Sequence record: SRR22947725_1128 | Length of the DNA stretch: 47,816 nucleotides | Direction: 5' to 3' (one strand) | Part shown: positions 1-9,114 of the stretch, piece after piece | Layout: every line of letters begins with the position of its first letter | Position numbering within the stretch: position 1 is the first letter of the stretch | Made by a program: the position numbers and the translations under genes | The notes under the pieces: model-generated | The model's input: only the letters and a program-made list of their open reading frames with translations | Told to the model about the DNA's origin: nothing | Database searches by the model: none

Positions 1-50
1 AAGAACAAATTCAAATGACGATATAGTTCGTCTCGTTTTATTTTTTTCAT
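1..50 (-). CDS. 5' end of a probable hypothetical protein running off the left edge (MKKIKRDELYRHLNLF...)
   Basis: ATG at 50 on the minus strand with an open frame to the window edge. It lies downstream of an AT-rich spacer. Only 16 codons are visible. Confidence 0.35.
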   Translation of the reverse strand, partial: MKKIKRDELYRHLNLF

Positions 51-103
51 GATTGAACTTTAAAACGATAATTAAAAATATAACACATGATGGTTGGATT
101 CTC

Positions 104-144
104 AAAAAAAAATACAGCACCTCTCATTTCAGCTCTTTGTGCTG
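104..144 (-). terminator. Possible intrinsic terminator after the arylsulfatase
   Basis: Minus strand reads CAGCAC-N18-GTGCTG followed by TATTTTTTTTT, just past the stop at 149. The loop is large, so the call is weak. Confidence 0.4.
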
Positions 145-148
145 CAGA

Positions 149-1864
149 TTACTTTTTGCTCCAAGGCCATGGATGAACATTGGCTCGTGATGCCCACTCC
201 ATCCACTTCTTTTCCATTTGGCTAACCCGTTCTGGTTGGTCCAAAGAAAGATCATTAAGTTCTGATCTGTCTTTGGACAGATCAAACAGTTCCCAAGGTT
301 CGAGATCCCCGGTGTTCATTCGACCCTTCCGGACCAGTTTCCAGTCCCCCATGCGTATTGCGCAATTGGCCTCATGTTCCCAGGCAATATAATCACGCTC
401 GATGGGAGAGCCATAGAAAGAAGGCAGGAGGGATTTGCCCTCCATGGGGTGAACTTTTCGGTTCTTGTAAACTTCGGGGTAGGAGCTGTGTGATATATCG
501 ACACAGGTAGCCATCACATCAATCAAATGTGACGGTTGTTTACGCAGCGAGCCTGCGTCCTTTATTTTAGCTGGCCATTGCACAATGAGAGGGGTGGAAA
601 TGCCACCTTCGTGGACCCAATGCTTATATTCCCTGAAAGGTGTGTTTGAGACATTTGCCCAATGACGGCCATAAGCAATATATGTGTCTGCTGGTCCAGG
701 CATGACGCCCGGACCTCCTTGAACCGGCTTGCCATCCCGGGTCTTCATAGGGGGCCAAAGTGTGGGTTGTAGCTCATCTTTGCCCATAGGAGACCGGTCC
801 TTAACGGCCTTCAGCCAATTGGTATTGACGTTTTCTCCTCTTCCAAATCCTTCTGCACACCCACCGTTATCCTGCAGGAATAATATCAATGTATTGTCCA
901 GCGCTCCCCGGGTATCCAATGACTGGACTATTTTTCCGATTCCTTGATCCATTCGGTCTACCATGGCCGCATAAACTTCCATGCATCTAATTTCCCATTC
1001 CTTGTGAGGTGTTCGGTTCCAGTCGCCTGCGGGTGGACTCATTTTCGTGGTCTCATCAATAATGCCCAATTGCTTCATGCGTTCGAAGCGGCGCTCCCTG
1101 ATGAAATCGTAGCCTAGATCATACTCCCCTTTGTACTTTTCTATATCCTCAGGAAGTGCGTGCATTGGCCAGTGAGCTGCAGTGTAGGATACATACATGA
1201 AAAAAGGTTCAGATTCTGATGATCCGTAATGGTCATCCAGAAATCGAACTGCATTGTCAGTGATAGCGTCTGTGTAGTAATAATTTTTAGGCTGGTAATC
1301 AGGATCGTTCACTGGAGTGATGAAAGTATTCTGACGGCAGAGCGTGTGGGGGTCAAAGAAGCTTCCTGCCCCGATGATCGTGCCGTAAAATTTTTCGAAA
1401 CCACGCTGCAGTGGCCAATTATCTTTGGGCCCCTCAGGCTGAGTGTGTGTCGTGACATGCCATTTACCACTCATGTAGGTGCGGTAACCTGAAGTGGCGA
1501 GCGCTTCGGCGATTGTCACACTGTGGCGGTTTAGACCATTTTGGTAGCCGGGCAATCCTCGATTTCCAAGCATGTGTCCGACACCCGTTTGGTGTGCGTA
1601 AAGTCCAGTCAGCAGGGATGCGCGTGTTGGGCAGCATCGGGCACCATTGTAAAACTGAGTGTAGCGCAGGCCACTTGCGGCCATGCGATCCAAATTCGGC
1701 GTGTGAATTTCACTGCCGTAACAACCAATGTCAGAAAAGCCCATATCATCCGACATGATCAAAAGGATGTTAGGCCTAGAGTCTGCATTCAGATGAAGAT
1801 TTGAAAGCAATGCCAGCAGCATGCTCACAAGCACCATGTTCAAGGTCTTGGCTTTTGTTTTCAT
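149..1864 (-). CDS. Arylsulfatase (formylglycine-dependent S1 family), secreted
   Basis: Signal peptide, RPNILLIMSDD, C-x-P-x-R motif (CCPTRASLLTG), GKWH and DNG. ATG at 1864 preferred over TTG at 1882. Confidence 0.93.
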   Translation of the reverse strand: MKTKAKTLNMVLVSMLLALLSNLHLNADSRPNILLIMSDDMGFSDIGCYGSEIHTPNLDRMAASGLRYTQFYNGARCCPTRASLLTGLYAHQTGVGHMLGNRGLPGYQNGLNRHSVTIAEALATSGYRTYMSGKWHVTTHTQPEGPKDNWPLQRGFEKFYGTIIGAGSFFDPHTLCRQNTFITPVNDPDYQPKNYYYTDAITDNAVRFLDDHYGSSESEPFFMYVSYTAAHWPMHALPEDIEKYKGEYDLGYDFIRERRFERMKQLGIIDETTKMSPPAGDWNRTPHKEWEIRCMEVYAAMVDRMDQGIGKIVQSLDTRGALDNTLILFLQDNGGCAEGFGRGENVNTNWLKAVKDRSPMGKDELQPTLWPPMKTRDGKPVQGGPGVMPGPADTYIAYGRHWANVSNTPFREYKHWVHEGGISTPLIVQWPAKIKDAGSLRKQPSHLIDVMATCVDISHSSYPEVYKNRKVHPMEGKSLLPSFYGSPIERDYIAWEHEANCAIRMGDWKLVRKGRMNTGDLEPWELFDLSKDRSELNDLSLDQPERVSQMEKKWMEWASRANVHPWPWSKK

Positions 1865-2017
1865 GTAAGGAATGTGCGCCAAATATGGACAGAATTGTAG
1901 AATGCGTAAAGAAAGATATTGAATAACCCAATTAAGGATTGATGTTCACGTTTTCATTGGGCAAAAGAATCCCCTCGTTAGTCGCAGGCAATTTGCAAAA
2001 ATCAGATCAACACGTTC

Positions 2018-2683
2018 ATGGCAAAAAATCAATTAACTGAAAAAGAAGTAGTGGAACTGTTAGAGGCGGTCCTCTCAAAGACCACCCAGGATTCACATTT
2101 GGCCCAGAAAATTTTGGATGGTATTCGAAAAGAAATGGACAGGAAGAAGCAGTCCGCTGCATTTCAAGAGTTCTGCCGTCGCTGCCCGTTGCCTGACCTG
2201 AAGGACGAGACCTTGAAAGAGGTGACAAATCGTTTCGAAGAGACGTTTGGTCGTGATCTGATCGATTTTGCAGTGAATGAGCAGGATGGTACTCTGAACG
2301 TAGAATTGAATGTTCCAAATGGACCTTTGGTCAGCTCCATCGAGTTGAATGACATTCCAATGAAAGAGGAGGACATCGAACCGGAGGTGAAAGTGAAGTT
2401 CATACCATTTCCTGTTGCATTGCCCGGGGACCCTGAACTTGTCTGGATGATGGGGAAAAGAGAGACGATGAGCCCTGACGAAGCTGCGCGAGCTTTGCAT
2501 GAAGCGCAGGTAGAGTTTTGGGAGTCTAAGAGTGGGCAGCTTCAACTTCGCAAAGGTGCTGAGAGAACCTTTCCAGAATTTATCAGCCGCGTTCCGGCGA
2601 AACTGCTGACTGAATCAGGGTTGAAAAGGCATTACAAAGACCCCGAAGCGCTCAAGGTCCTGCGAAAAGCGCCGGTCAATTGA
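2018..2683 (+). CDS. Hypothetical cytoplasmic protein (221 aa, acidic/charged, one CxxC)
   Basis: Long ORF with ATG start and protein-like composition. No family recognised. Confidence 0.8.
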   Translation: MAKNQLTEKEVVELLEAVLSKTTQDSHLAQKILDGIRKEMDRKKQSAAFQEFCRRCPLPDLKDETLKEVTNRFEETFGRDLIDFAVNEQDGTLNVELNVPNGPLVSSIELNDIPMKEEDIEPEVKVKFIPFPVALPGDPELVWMMGKRETMSPDEAARALHEAQVEFWESKSGQLQLRKGAERTFPEFISRVPAKLLTESGLKRHYKDPEALKVLRKAPVN

Positions 2684-3232
2684 TGCTCTGTCTTTTGTTG
2701 ATTACTCGCTGCAAAATATGTGGCATACATCGGGGAATTCCGTGAGCGAATTCAAAATGGTATTCTTTTCGAGATCCTCCTTATTGTATCGGCTGCAAAG
2801 CAGGGGCTTTGCGCATATCATGGTGCTTGATGTTGCTTATAATGGCGGCGAGCAGAAGCTCATGTGTCGATGACTGTCACCCCTTTCAATCATTGTGTCA
2901 GGCTCGCCTTTCACTTGAAATAGCTTTTGACCGCAAGCCTGATCCTTCATATTTTTGAAACAACGAGGATCTATGTGTTTGAGCCTAACGATTGGAATTG
3001 ACTATCTAGCTCTGCCAAGAAGGTTACTCCTGATTTTTTGTGGCTAGTCGTGAAGAAGGAAAATGAGCGGATTAAAGGCTAGCTGGTAGGATGAAACCCT
3101 GGAGGTCTTTTACACCGCACGACTTAGATACTACTTTTGAGTTACTTCAAACCAGATTGCACGAGAGGTTTCTACCCACCAGCCTGCCTATTTGAAAACA
3201 TAACTCGCGTGCATTTGCCGCGCCAGTCAAAG

Positions 3233-3252
3233 TTATTCACAACTTATTCACA
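3233..3252 (+). promoter_or_regulatory. Two tandem DnaA-box-like 9-mers (TTATTCACA-AC-TTATTCACA)
   Basis: Both match the TTWTNCACA consensus exactly, in the same orientation and 11 bp apart, within a non-coding gap. Confidence 0.5.
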
Positions 3253-3283
3253 TGCAGCAGTGGCCCACTATGACTCTGCTCCT

Positions 3284-4984
3284 TTAGTCCACAGGCAGAT
3301 CACTCATTTCATTCTGTAGTGCATTATCAAGACACTTGGCTAGATATGGAAGGAGTTGCTTCTTCCTTGAAACGATTCCGGGTAAGTCATAGACATCGAT
3401 TTCAACCTGATTATAGTGGATCGCTTTCTTGAGGTGCTTGTTGCCTGATATCAACAAAAGTGAAGATTGTCGGACAACATCAGTCACTAGCAGGGAGGAA
3501 AAAACATATCGATTTTGCATGCGATATTCTTCCAGTGCCCGATGAAGGTGATCCTTCTCAAGCCAAAATTGTTTAAAACCAATTTCCTCGATCTGAGCAA
3601 CGCTAAAAGTTTTGCCCTGCTCGTTATACTCCTTGCAGTCATTGGTAATCGCCTTGTCTGGTGTGCGGTTTGTTAGCACAGATCCAGAGCTGAAGAGGGC
3701 CTCAGTAAATTCTGCTGCATTCACTGAAGTGAGGGCCTCCAGATGCTTGAGCATAATGGAATCCGTTTCGGTCGTTGTCGGTGAAGTCAGATTCAAGGTG
3801 TCTGAGATGATTCCCGACAGTAACAAACCTGCGACTGGCTTGCTTATTTCCAGATTGGCGTTCCTGAACATCTCAGTGATGATCGTGCTGGTACTTCCTA
3901 CCGGACGATTGACAAACAAGATGGGTTGTTGCGTTGTCAATGCGCCGATGCGATGATGATCGATTATTTCAAGAATATCGACTTGATCCGCCCCCTTGAC
4001 CGCTTGTGAAAGTTCATTGTGATCTACAAGGATTAATTGCCTCTTTACCCGCTTAACGAAATCTGTTTTGGACAAAATACCAACTACCCGCTTGTAGGCA
4101 TCCATGACTGGGAATGCCTGAAACTGCGAGGAAATGGCCATGTCACGAATAGAATTCAGGGATTCATCCTCGTTGAAGTGTAGGAAATGTTCTGTTTTGA
4201 TATGCTTTACTGCGACCGCTGCACGACACAACATCGCGGTGGTTGCAGAATCATGCTCCGAAATAAGGATGGATACTCCATTTGCCTTTGCAAGAGATCG
4301 AATGCCTTTACTGATATTCAGTCCACCTGTGATCACCATGACTCTCACTCGCTTTTCAATCGCGTAGAGCTGGATGTCCTCTCTGTCTCCTACCACCAAT
4401 AACAGTTTACTGGGATCATAATCCTGAAGTCTTCTTTCAAAGGAATCCATGCGCATGGCACCAATCATCAGGATTAATTCCTCCTCCTGTTCCGGGGCTT
4501 GCAGTTCGACTGAATCAGCGCCCAAGGTTTCTTTGAGTTGTTTCAGGTTGGTAAGGATTCGGCGGGTATCTTGAAGTCTCGCATGCGAGGGCAAGAAAAA
4601 CTTGCTCATCTTGAAAACGGAGACCAAACCATGGCATTCGTTCTCATCATTCAGAATCGGCAGCGTACGGATGTTATGCTGATCCATGATGGCCAATGCT
4701 TCACATGCACTAGTGTCCTCAGAGACGCGGATAATCCGGTGTTGCATGACGTCCCTTACTTTTGGACGCACATCCGCAACGAATCGGGGAGGAGCCACTC
4801 CGAATTTCCGTAATACAAAGTCAATCCGGTCATTGATGTCTCCACACCTTGCAGGGATAACATTTTGCATGCCGATCTTTTGCTTGAAATCGGCATAAGC
4901 GATGGCCGCACAAATACTGTCGGTATCTGGATTACGGTGTCCAATGACAAGGATTTCGCTCACTTCTTTTTTTGCATTAGTCAA
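3284..4984 (-). CDS. ppaC: Family II Mn-dependent inorganic pyrophosphatase with CBS-DRTGG-CBS insert (CBS-PPase)
   Basis: GHRNPDTDS, LVDHNE, IIDHH, GIISDT and C-terminal VSRKKQ motifs, plus a central CBS/DRTGG insert (VGDREDIQ, ITGG). Confidence 0.93.
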   Translation of the reverse strand: MTNAKKEVSEILVIGHRNPDTDSICAAIAYADFKQKIGMQNVIPARCGDINDRIDFVLRKFGVAPPRFVADVRPKVRDVMQHRIIRVSEDTSACEALAIMDQHNIRTLPILNDENECHGLVSVFKMSKFFLPSHARLQDTRRILTNLKQLKETLGADSVELQAPEQEEELILMIGAMRMDSFERRLQDYDPSKLLLVVGDREDIQLYAIEKRVRVMVITGGLNISKGIRSLAKANGVSILISEHDSATTAMLCRAAVAVKHIKTEHFLHFNEDESLNSIRDMAISSQFQAFPVMDAYKRVVGILSKTDFVKRVKRQLILVDHNELSQAVKGADQVDILEIIDHHRIGALTTQQPILFVNRPVGSTSTIITEMFRNANLEISKPVAGLLLSGIISDTLNLTSPTTTETDSIMLKHLEALTSVNAAEFTEALFSSGSVLTNRTPDKAITNDCKEYNEQGKTFSVAQIEEIGFKQFWLEKDHLHRALEEYRMQNRYVFSSLLVTDVVRQSSLLLISGNKHLKKAIHYNQVEIDVYDLPGIVSRKKQLLPYLAKCLDNALQNEMSDLPVD

Positions 4985-5142
4985 ATTATCGTGGTGGGTC
5001 CAATAGAAAGACCATAACTACCTTTATTATGGTCCTTAAAGTCAGCCGGTGTCGAATGGTTTCGTATTTCAGATTTGTAATTTTGAATCGCGCTCGAAAC
5101 GCCCATTGCAATCCTGTGAGCTGGGGCTAACATATCCACAAC

Positions 5143-5700
5143 ATGAGTGAAAAATCCAAGGAAACCAAACTGACGCGTGATTGCGATGCCGTGCAAATAC
5201 CTTCAGGTGACCAATCCGTACTCCCTGCAGGTATGGAGGTCTACATTTCACAGGATTTGGGTGGCACCTTCACCATACAAACCCTGAAGGGGCTGTTTCG
5301 AATCGACGGCAAAGATGCAGATGCGCTTGGTCGCACAGGGTCAGATGAAAATGATGTGTCAGGCAAAGAGAAGCAAGTTCCCAGCGGCACCTACAGCGAA
5401 AAAATCGTATGGGAAGCCTTGCGATCCTGCTTCGACCCTGAAATTCCTGTCAACATTGTTGATTTAGGGCTGATTTACGATCTCAAGTCCGAGGATCAGG
5501 GGGAGGGAAAGTATCGAGTCGAAGTTAAAATGACCCTTACGGCACCCGGTTGCGGGATGGGGCCGGTGATTGCTGACGATGCTCAGCAGAAAATTCTGAC
5601 AGCTCCCGGAGTTGCCGATGCCACGGTTGAAATTGTATGGGACCCACCCTGGCATCAATCCATGATCACTCCTGAAGGCCGCAAGGTCCTGGGCCTCTAG
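5143..5700 (+). CDS. sufT: Fe-S cluster assembly protein SufT (DUF59)
   Basis: DPEIPVNIVDLGLIY, MTLTAPGCGMG and VWDPPW motifs, plus the N-terminal 'RDCDAVQIPSG' domain of long SufT proteins. Confidence 0.9.
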   Translation: MSEKSKETKLTRDCDAVQIPSGDQSVLPAGMEVYISQDLGGTFTIQTLKGLFRIDGKDADALGRTGSDENDVSGKEKQVPSGTYSEKIVWEALRSCFDPEIPVNIVDLGLIYDLKSEDQGEGKYRVEVKMTLTAPGCGMGPVIADDAQQKILTAPGVADATVEIVWDPPWHQSMITPEGRKVLGL

Positions 5701-5940
5701 TCCTGCGTGAAAGTGCTTTTCAATCATTCGAAGCTAGTGTAGCTTTTCCTTTCTTGGTTCTTGAAGCTGAGGCGTCTGACCGTATCCCTATTGGGTCCAA
5801 TCTCCCTGAAAAGGCCCTTTTCATGTCACTGTTGTTTTGATTCAGTGGAAATGGATGGCCTTTCCAATTTCGGGTATGGACCCTCAGATGCCTTCAGAAG
5901 AAAATGAGCCATTGAATTATTATACTGAATAAGCAAATCC

Positions 5941-6999
5941 ATGAAGAGTTACGACATAGCAGTCATTGGTGGTGACGGAACCGGACCTGAAGTTGTCCGC
6001 GAATCGATCAAAGTCTTGGACGCCGCAGGTGCCAAGTTTGGTTTCAAACTCAATTACACTGATTTTGATTTCGGTGGCGATCGTTATCTCCGAACCAATG
6101 AAGCCTTGCCTGATAGCGCTGCGGATGATTTACGCAATTTCCCAGCCATCCTTCTGGGAGCTATCGGACATCCCGATGTTAAACCAGGTATCCTTGAAAA
6201 AGGTATTCTTTTGCGACTTCGATTCGAACTCGAACAATACGTCAACCTGCGTCCCGTTCGATTGTATGACGAACGATTCTGCCCATTGAAAGACAAGAAA
6301 CCCGAGCATGTGGATTTCGTCGTGGTGCGTGAAAATAACGAAGGCCTCTACACGGGTTCGGGTGGATTTGTCTTCAAGGACACGCCCCATGAAGTAGCCG
6401 TGCAGGAAAGCATCAACACGCGTCGTGGTGTGGAACGTTGTCTTCGTTTTGCGTTTGAATACACGCGACGTCGCAATAAGGAGAATAAACTGACACTTTG
6501 CGGCAAGACCAACGTACTCACGTATGCTTTTGATCTCTGGGAGCGCGCATTCAATGAAATCGGTGATAATGATTTCACCGACATCAAACGCGATTACGCC
6601 CACGTCGACGCCACCACCATGTGGTTTGTTAAAAATCCTGAATGGTTCGATGTGATCGTGACGGACAACATGTTCGGTGACATCATCACAGATTTGGGCG
6701 CCATGGTTCAGGGAGGAATGGGAATCGCAGCTGGCGGTAACATAAACCCTGAAGGTACCAGCATGTTCGAGCCAATCGGTGGAAGCGCACCCAAATACAC
6801 CGGTCAAAATGTCATCAACCCTCTCGCAGCCATCTGTGCGGGACAAATGATGCTGGATTCTCTTGGTGAAACCGAGGCAGCCAAGTGCATTGAAGATACC
6901 GTGATCCGCGTCACACGTGAGAACATCAAAGACCTGGGTGCCGGGCGTATGGGTTACTCAACCACGGAAGTCGGCGATCTCGTCGCAGCTGGTCTTTGA
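5941..6999 (+). CDS. leuB: 3-isopropylmalate dehydrogenase
   Basis: [41 protein letters not shown] and FEPIGGSAP motifs. Confidence 0.9.
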   Translation: MKSYDIAVIGGDGTGPEVVRESIKVLDAAGAKFGFKLNYTDFDFGGDRYLRTNEALPDSAADDLRNFPAILLGAIGHPDVKPGILEKGILLRLRFELEQYVNLRPVRLYDERFCPLKDKKPEHVDFVVVRENNEGLYTGSGGFVFKDTPHEVAVQESINTRRGVERCLRFAFEYTRRRNKENKLTLCGKTNVLTYAFDLWERAFNEIGDNDFTDIKRDYAHVDATTMWFVKNPEWFDVIVTDNMFGDIITDLGAMVQGGMGIAAGGNINPEGTSMFEPIGGSAPKYTGQNVINPLAAICAGQMMLDSLGETEAAKCIEDTVIRVTRENIKDLGAGRMGYSTTEVGDLVAAGL

Positions 7000-7029
7000 G
7001 TATACCAGACATTTTGAATGACTCATTCG

Positions 7030-7061
7030 AACGGGAGGCTTCACACGCCTTCCGTTTTTTT
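7030..7061 (+). terminator. Rho-independent terminator of leuB
   Basis: AACGGGAGGC-TTCACAC-GCCTTCCGTT stem followed by a T run, about 30 nt after the stop. Confidence 0.85.
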
Positions 7062-7317
7062 ATACCCTGTGCGGTGTTGATGTGTCTGCATTATTCGGGA
7101 TCTCCTGGCCCTGTGTCTGGGTTATCTTGAGGCAATCGCATCGACGGGGACTTCATTGCATCTCCTTCACTTTTGTCACAAAAGATAGCCATGTATGTGA
7201 TGTTTTCCTGATGGTAGGGTTTGACGCCCAATGGTTGGTCATGAATCACACTCGATCCGGAGCTCAATTCAGAGGTAATGCCCGGGTCTCAAACAAACAT
7301 TGATCTTCGGTATTCAA

Positions 7318-8823
7318 ATGAAAAGTTTAATCAGTTTATGGGCGATATGCCTGATGCATGCAGTCGTACTCAGTGACGAGCCTTCGACGGGTTCATTTCT
7401 CCCGCATTTCGAAGAAAAGGGGGAGCCCCGTAAGCCGCACATCATCCTCGTCATGGCCGATGATCAAGGGTGGGGGGACACGGGTTACAACGGCCATCCA
7501 TTTGTACAGACTCCAGAACTGAATTCCATGGCAAAAGATGGCTTTGTGTTTGATCGCTTCTATGCCGCTGCACCCGTTTGCTCACCCACCCGTGCCAGTG
7601 TCATGACTGGACGCCACCCCATCAGGACGAAAGTGACCAATCACGGCCGCTACATGCGTCCGCACGAGCAGACTCTTGCGGAAACGCTGAAGGCAAGTGG
7701 CTATGTGACTGGGATCTTCGGTAAAGTGCATCTGGGTTCGGGGCAACCGGACTCGCCATGCAACCCATCGGGCATGGGTTTTGATGAATGGGTGATTGGA
7801 TTGAATTTTTTCGACAACGATCCCTACTTGAGCCGAAACGGAATAATAGAGCACAGGAAGGGCAAGGGGTCCGTCATCGCAATGGATGATGCACTTGCTT
7901 TCCTCGGTAAGCATAAAGACCGTGATCAACCGATTTTTGCCGTCATCTGGTTTCCGTCCCCACATGATCCACATCAGGAAGTTCCGGATGGTCCAACCCT
8001 TTATGAAGGAGAAAAGCAGGCGGGGTATTACAGGGAGATCACCTTGTTGGACCAGCAGGTGGGTCGCTTGCGTCGCGAACTGAAAGGGATGGGAATTGCT
8101 GACAATACGCTCCTTTGGTATTGCAGTGACAATGGAGGCCTTGCGGAGGCATCCTCGGGCGGCCGCAGGAGAAAGGGCAGTATTTACGAAGGGGGGCTTC
8201 GAATCCCATCCATCATTGAATGGCCTGCTCGCAGCCTCAGTGGGCGAACGGCGGTTCCAGCATGGACTTGCGACATGTATCCCACCTTGCTTGCCATGGC
8301 TGGGATCAAAGGCGATTTCCCCCATCCTCTGGACGGGATGGACATCAGTCGCATCATTGCGGGTGAATCGGACAGCCGAATCAGGCCCATGGGATTCTGG
8401 CACCTTCTCCAGGATGGGCAGGGAACCTGGAGTGACCGCATTCAGAAAGCGATCATGGAACAACAACAAGCCGGCAAGCCCTTACCTCATAATCCCCAGC
8501 GAATCCAAAAAGATGTGGAAGCGTTTCCTCAATTTGCCGAGGGAACGGCAACCGGTCATGCTGCATGGAACCAGTGGCCGTGGAAATTACATCGAATCAA
8601 CGGCGAGAAGTATGAACTATACAACCTGATTCGCGATCCCATGGAGACAAAAGACCTGTCGGGATACGGTGAACACTCTGCGCGAATCAACGGTATGAAA
8701 AAAGCCTTGCATGCCTGGATGCGATCGGTTGTTCGCAGTCTGAACGGACACGATTACAAAGGCGTTCAATTGCCATCACAGCCTGTTCCCAAGCAGTCAA
8801 CAGAAACCCCATCGAAGGGATAA
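7318..8823 (+). CDS. Sulfatase (S1 family), secreted
   Basis: Signal peptide, MADDQG, CSPTRAS and SDNG motifs. ATG at 7318 preferred over TTG at 7300. Confidence 0.92.
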   Translation: MKSLISLWAICLMHAVVLSDEPSTGSFLPHFEEKGEPRKPHIILVMADDQGWGDTGYNGHPFVQTPELNSMAKDGFVFDRFYAAAPVCSPTRASVMTGRHPIRTKVTNHGRYMRPHEQTLAETLKASGYVTGIFGKVHLGSGQPDSPCNPSGMGFDEWVIGLNFFDNDPYLSRNGIIEHRKGKGSVIAMDDALAFLGKHKDRDQPIFAVIWFPSPHDPHQEVPDGPTLYEGEKQAGYYREITLLDQQVGRLRRELKGMGIADNTLLWYCSDNGGLAEASSGGRRRKGSIYEGGLRIPSIIEWPARSLSGRTAVPAWTCDMYPTLLAMAGIKGDFPHPLDGMDISRIIAGESDSRIRPMGFWHLLQDGQGTWSDRIQKAIMEQQQAGKPLPHNPQRIQKDVEAFPQFAEGTATGHAAWNQWPWKLHRINGEKYELYNLIRDPMETKDLSGYGEHSARINGMKKALHAWMRSVVRSLNGHDYKGVQLPSQPVPKQSTETPSKG

Positions 8824-9114
8824 TTCCCTTGGCTCAAATCCACATATTCTATCTCGTCCCACCCATCCAGAAGAAGGGATACAGGGCTTCATTGGAACGT
8901 ATCGCGCGGTAAGCCTGCGTTTGTCAGAACGATGAAGACTTCACAGGTTTTACTGGCATTCCATGGAATGAAACAATACTGTTGCGAAATTCTGATCAAC
9001 CCTGCTGAAACAAGCTGCCGTTTTGACCCTGTTTGCCTGAAGCCCCTCGGTGGTACGATGACCCTGCAAACGCAATGAGACCTGAGACCTTGATCCGCGA
9101 TTAAACCTGTTCCT

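Noticed and set aside
5701-5940. Classical leucine attenuator before leuB
   Set aside because: There is no Leu-codon-rich leader peptide and no terminator with a U-tract. The structure is reported separately as unknown.
7582-8469. 295-aa antisense ORF, and similar shadows such as 6130..6846, 23171..23815 and 33956..34468
   Set aside because: They lie opposite well-supported genes and have no recognisable motifs, as expected from antisense codon bias.
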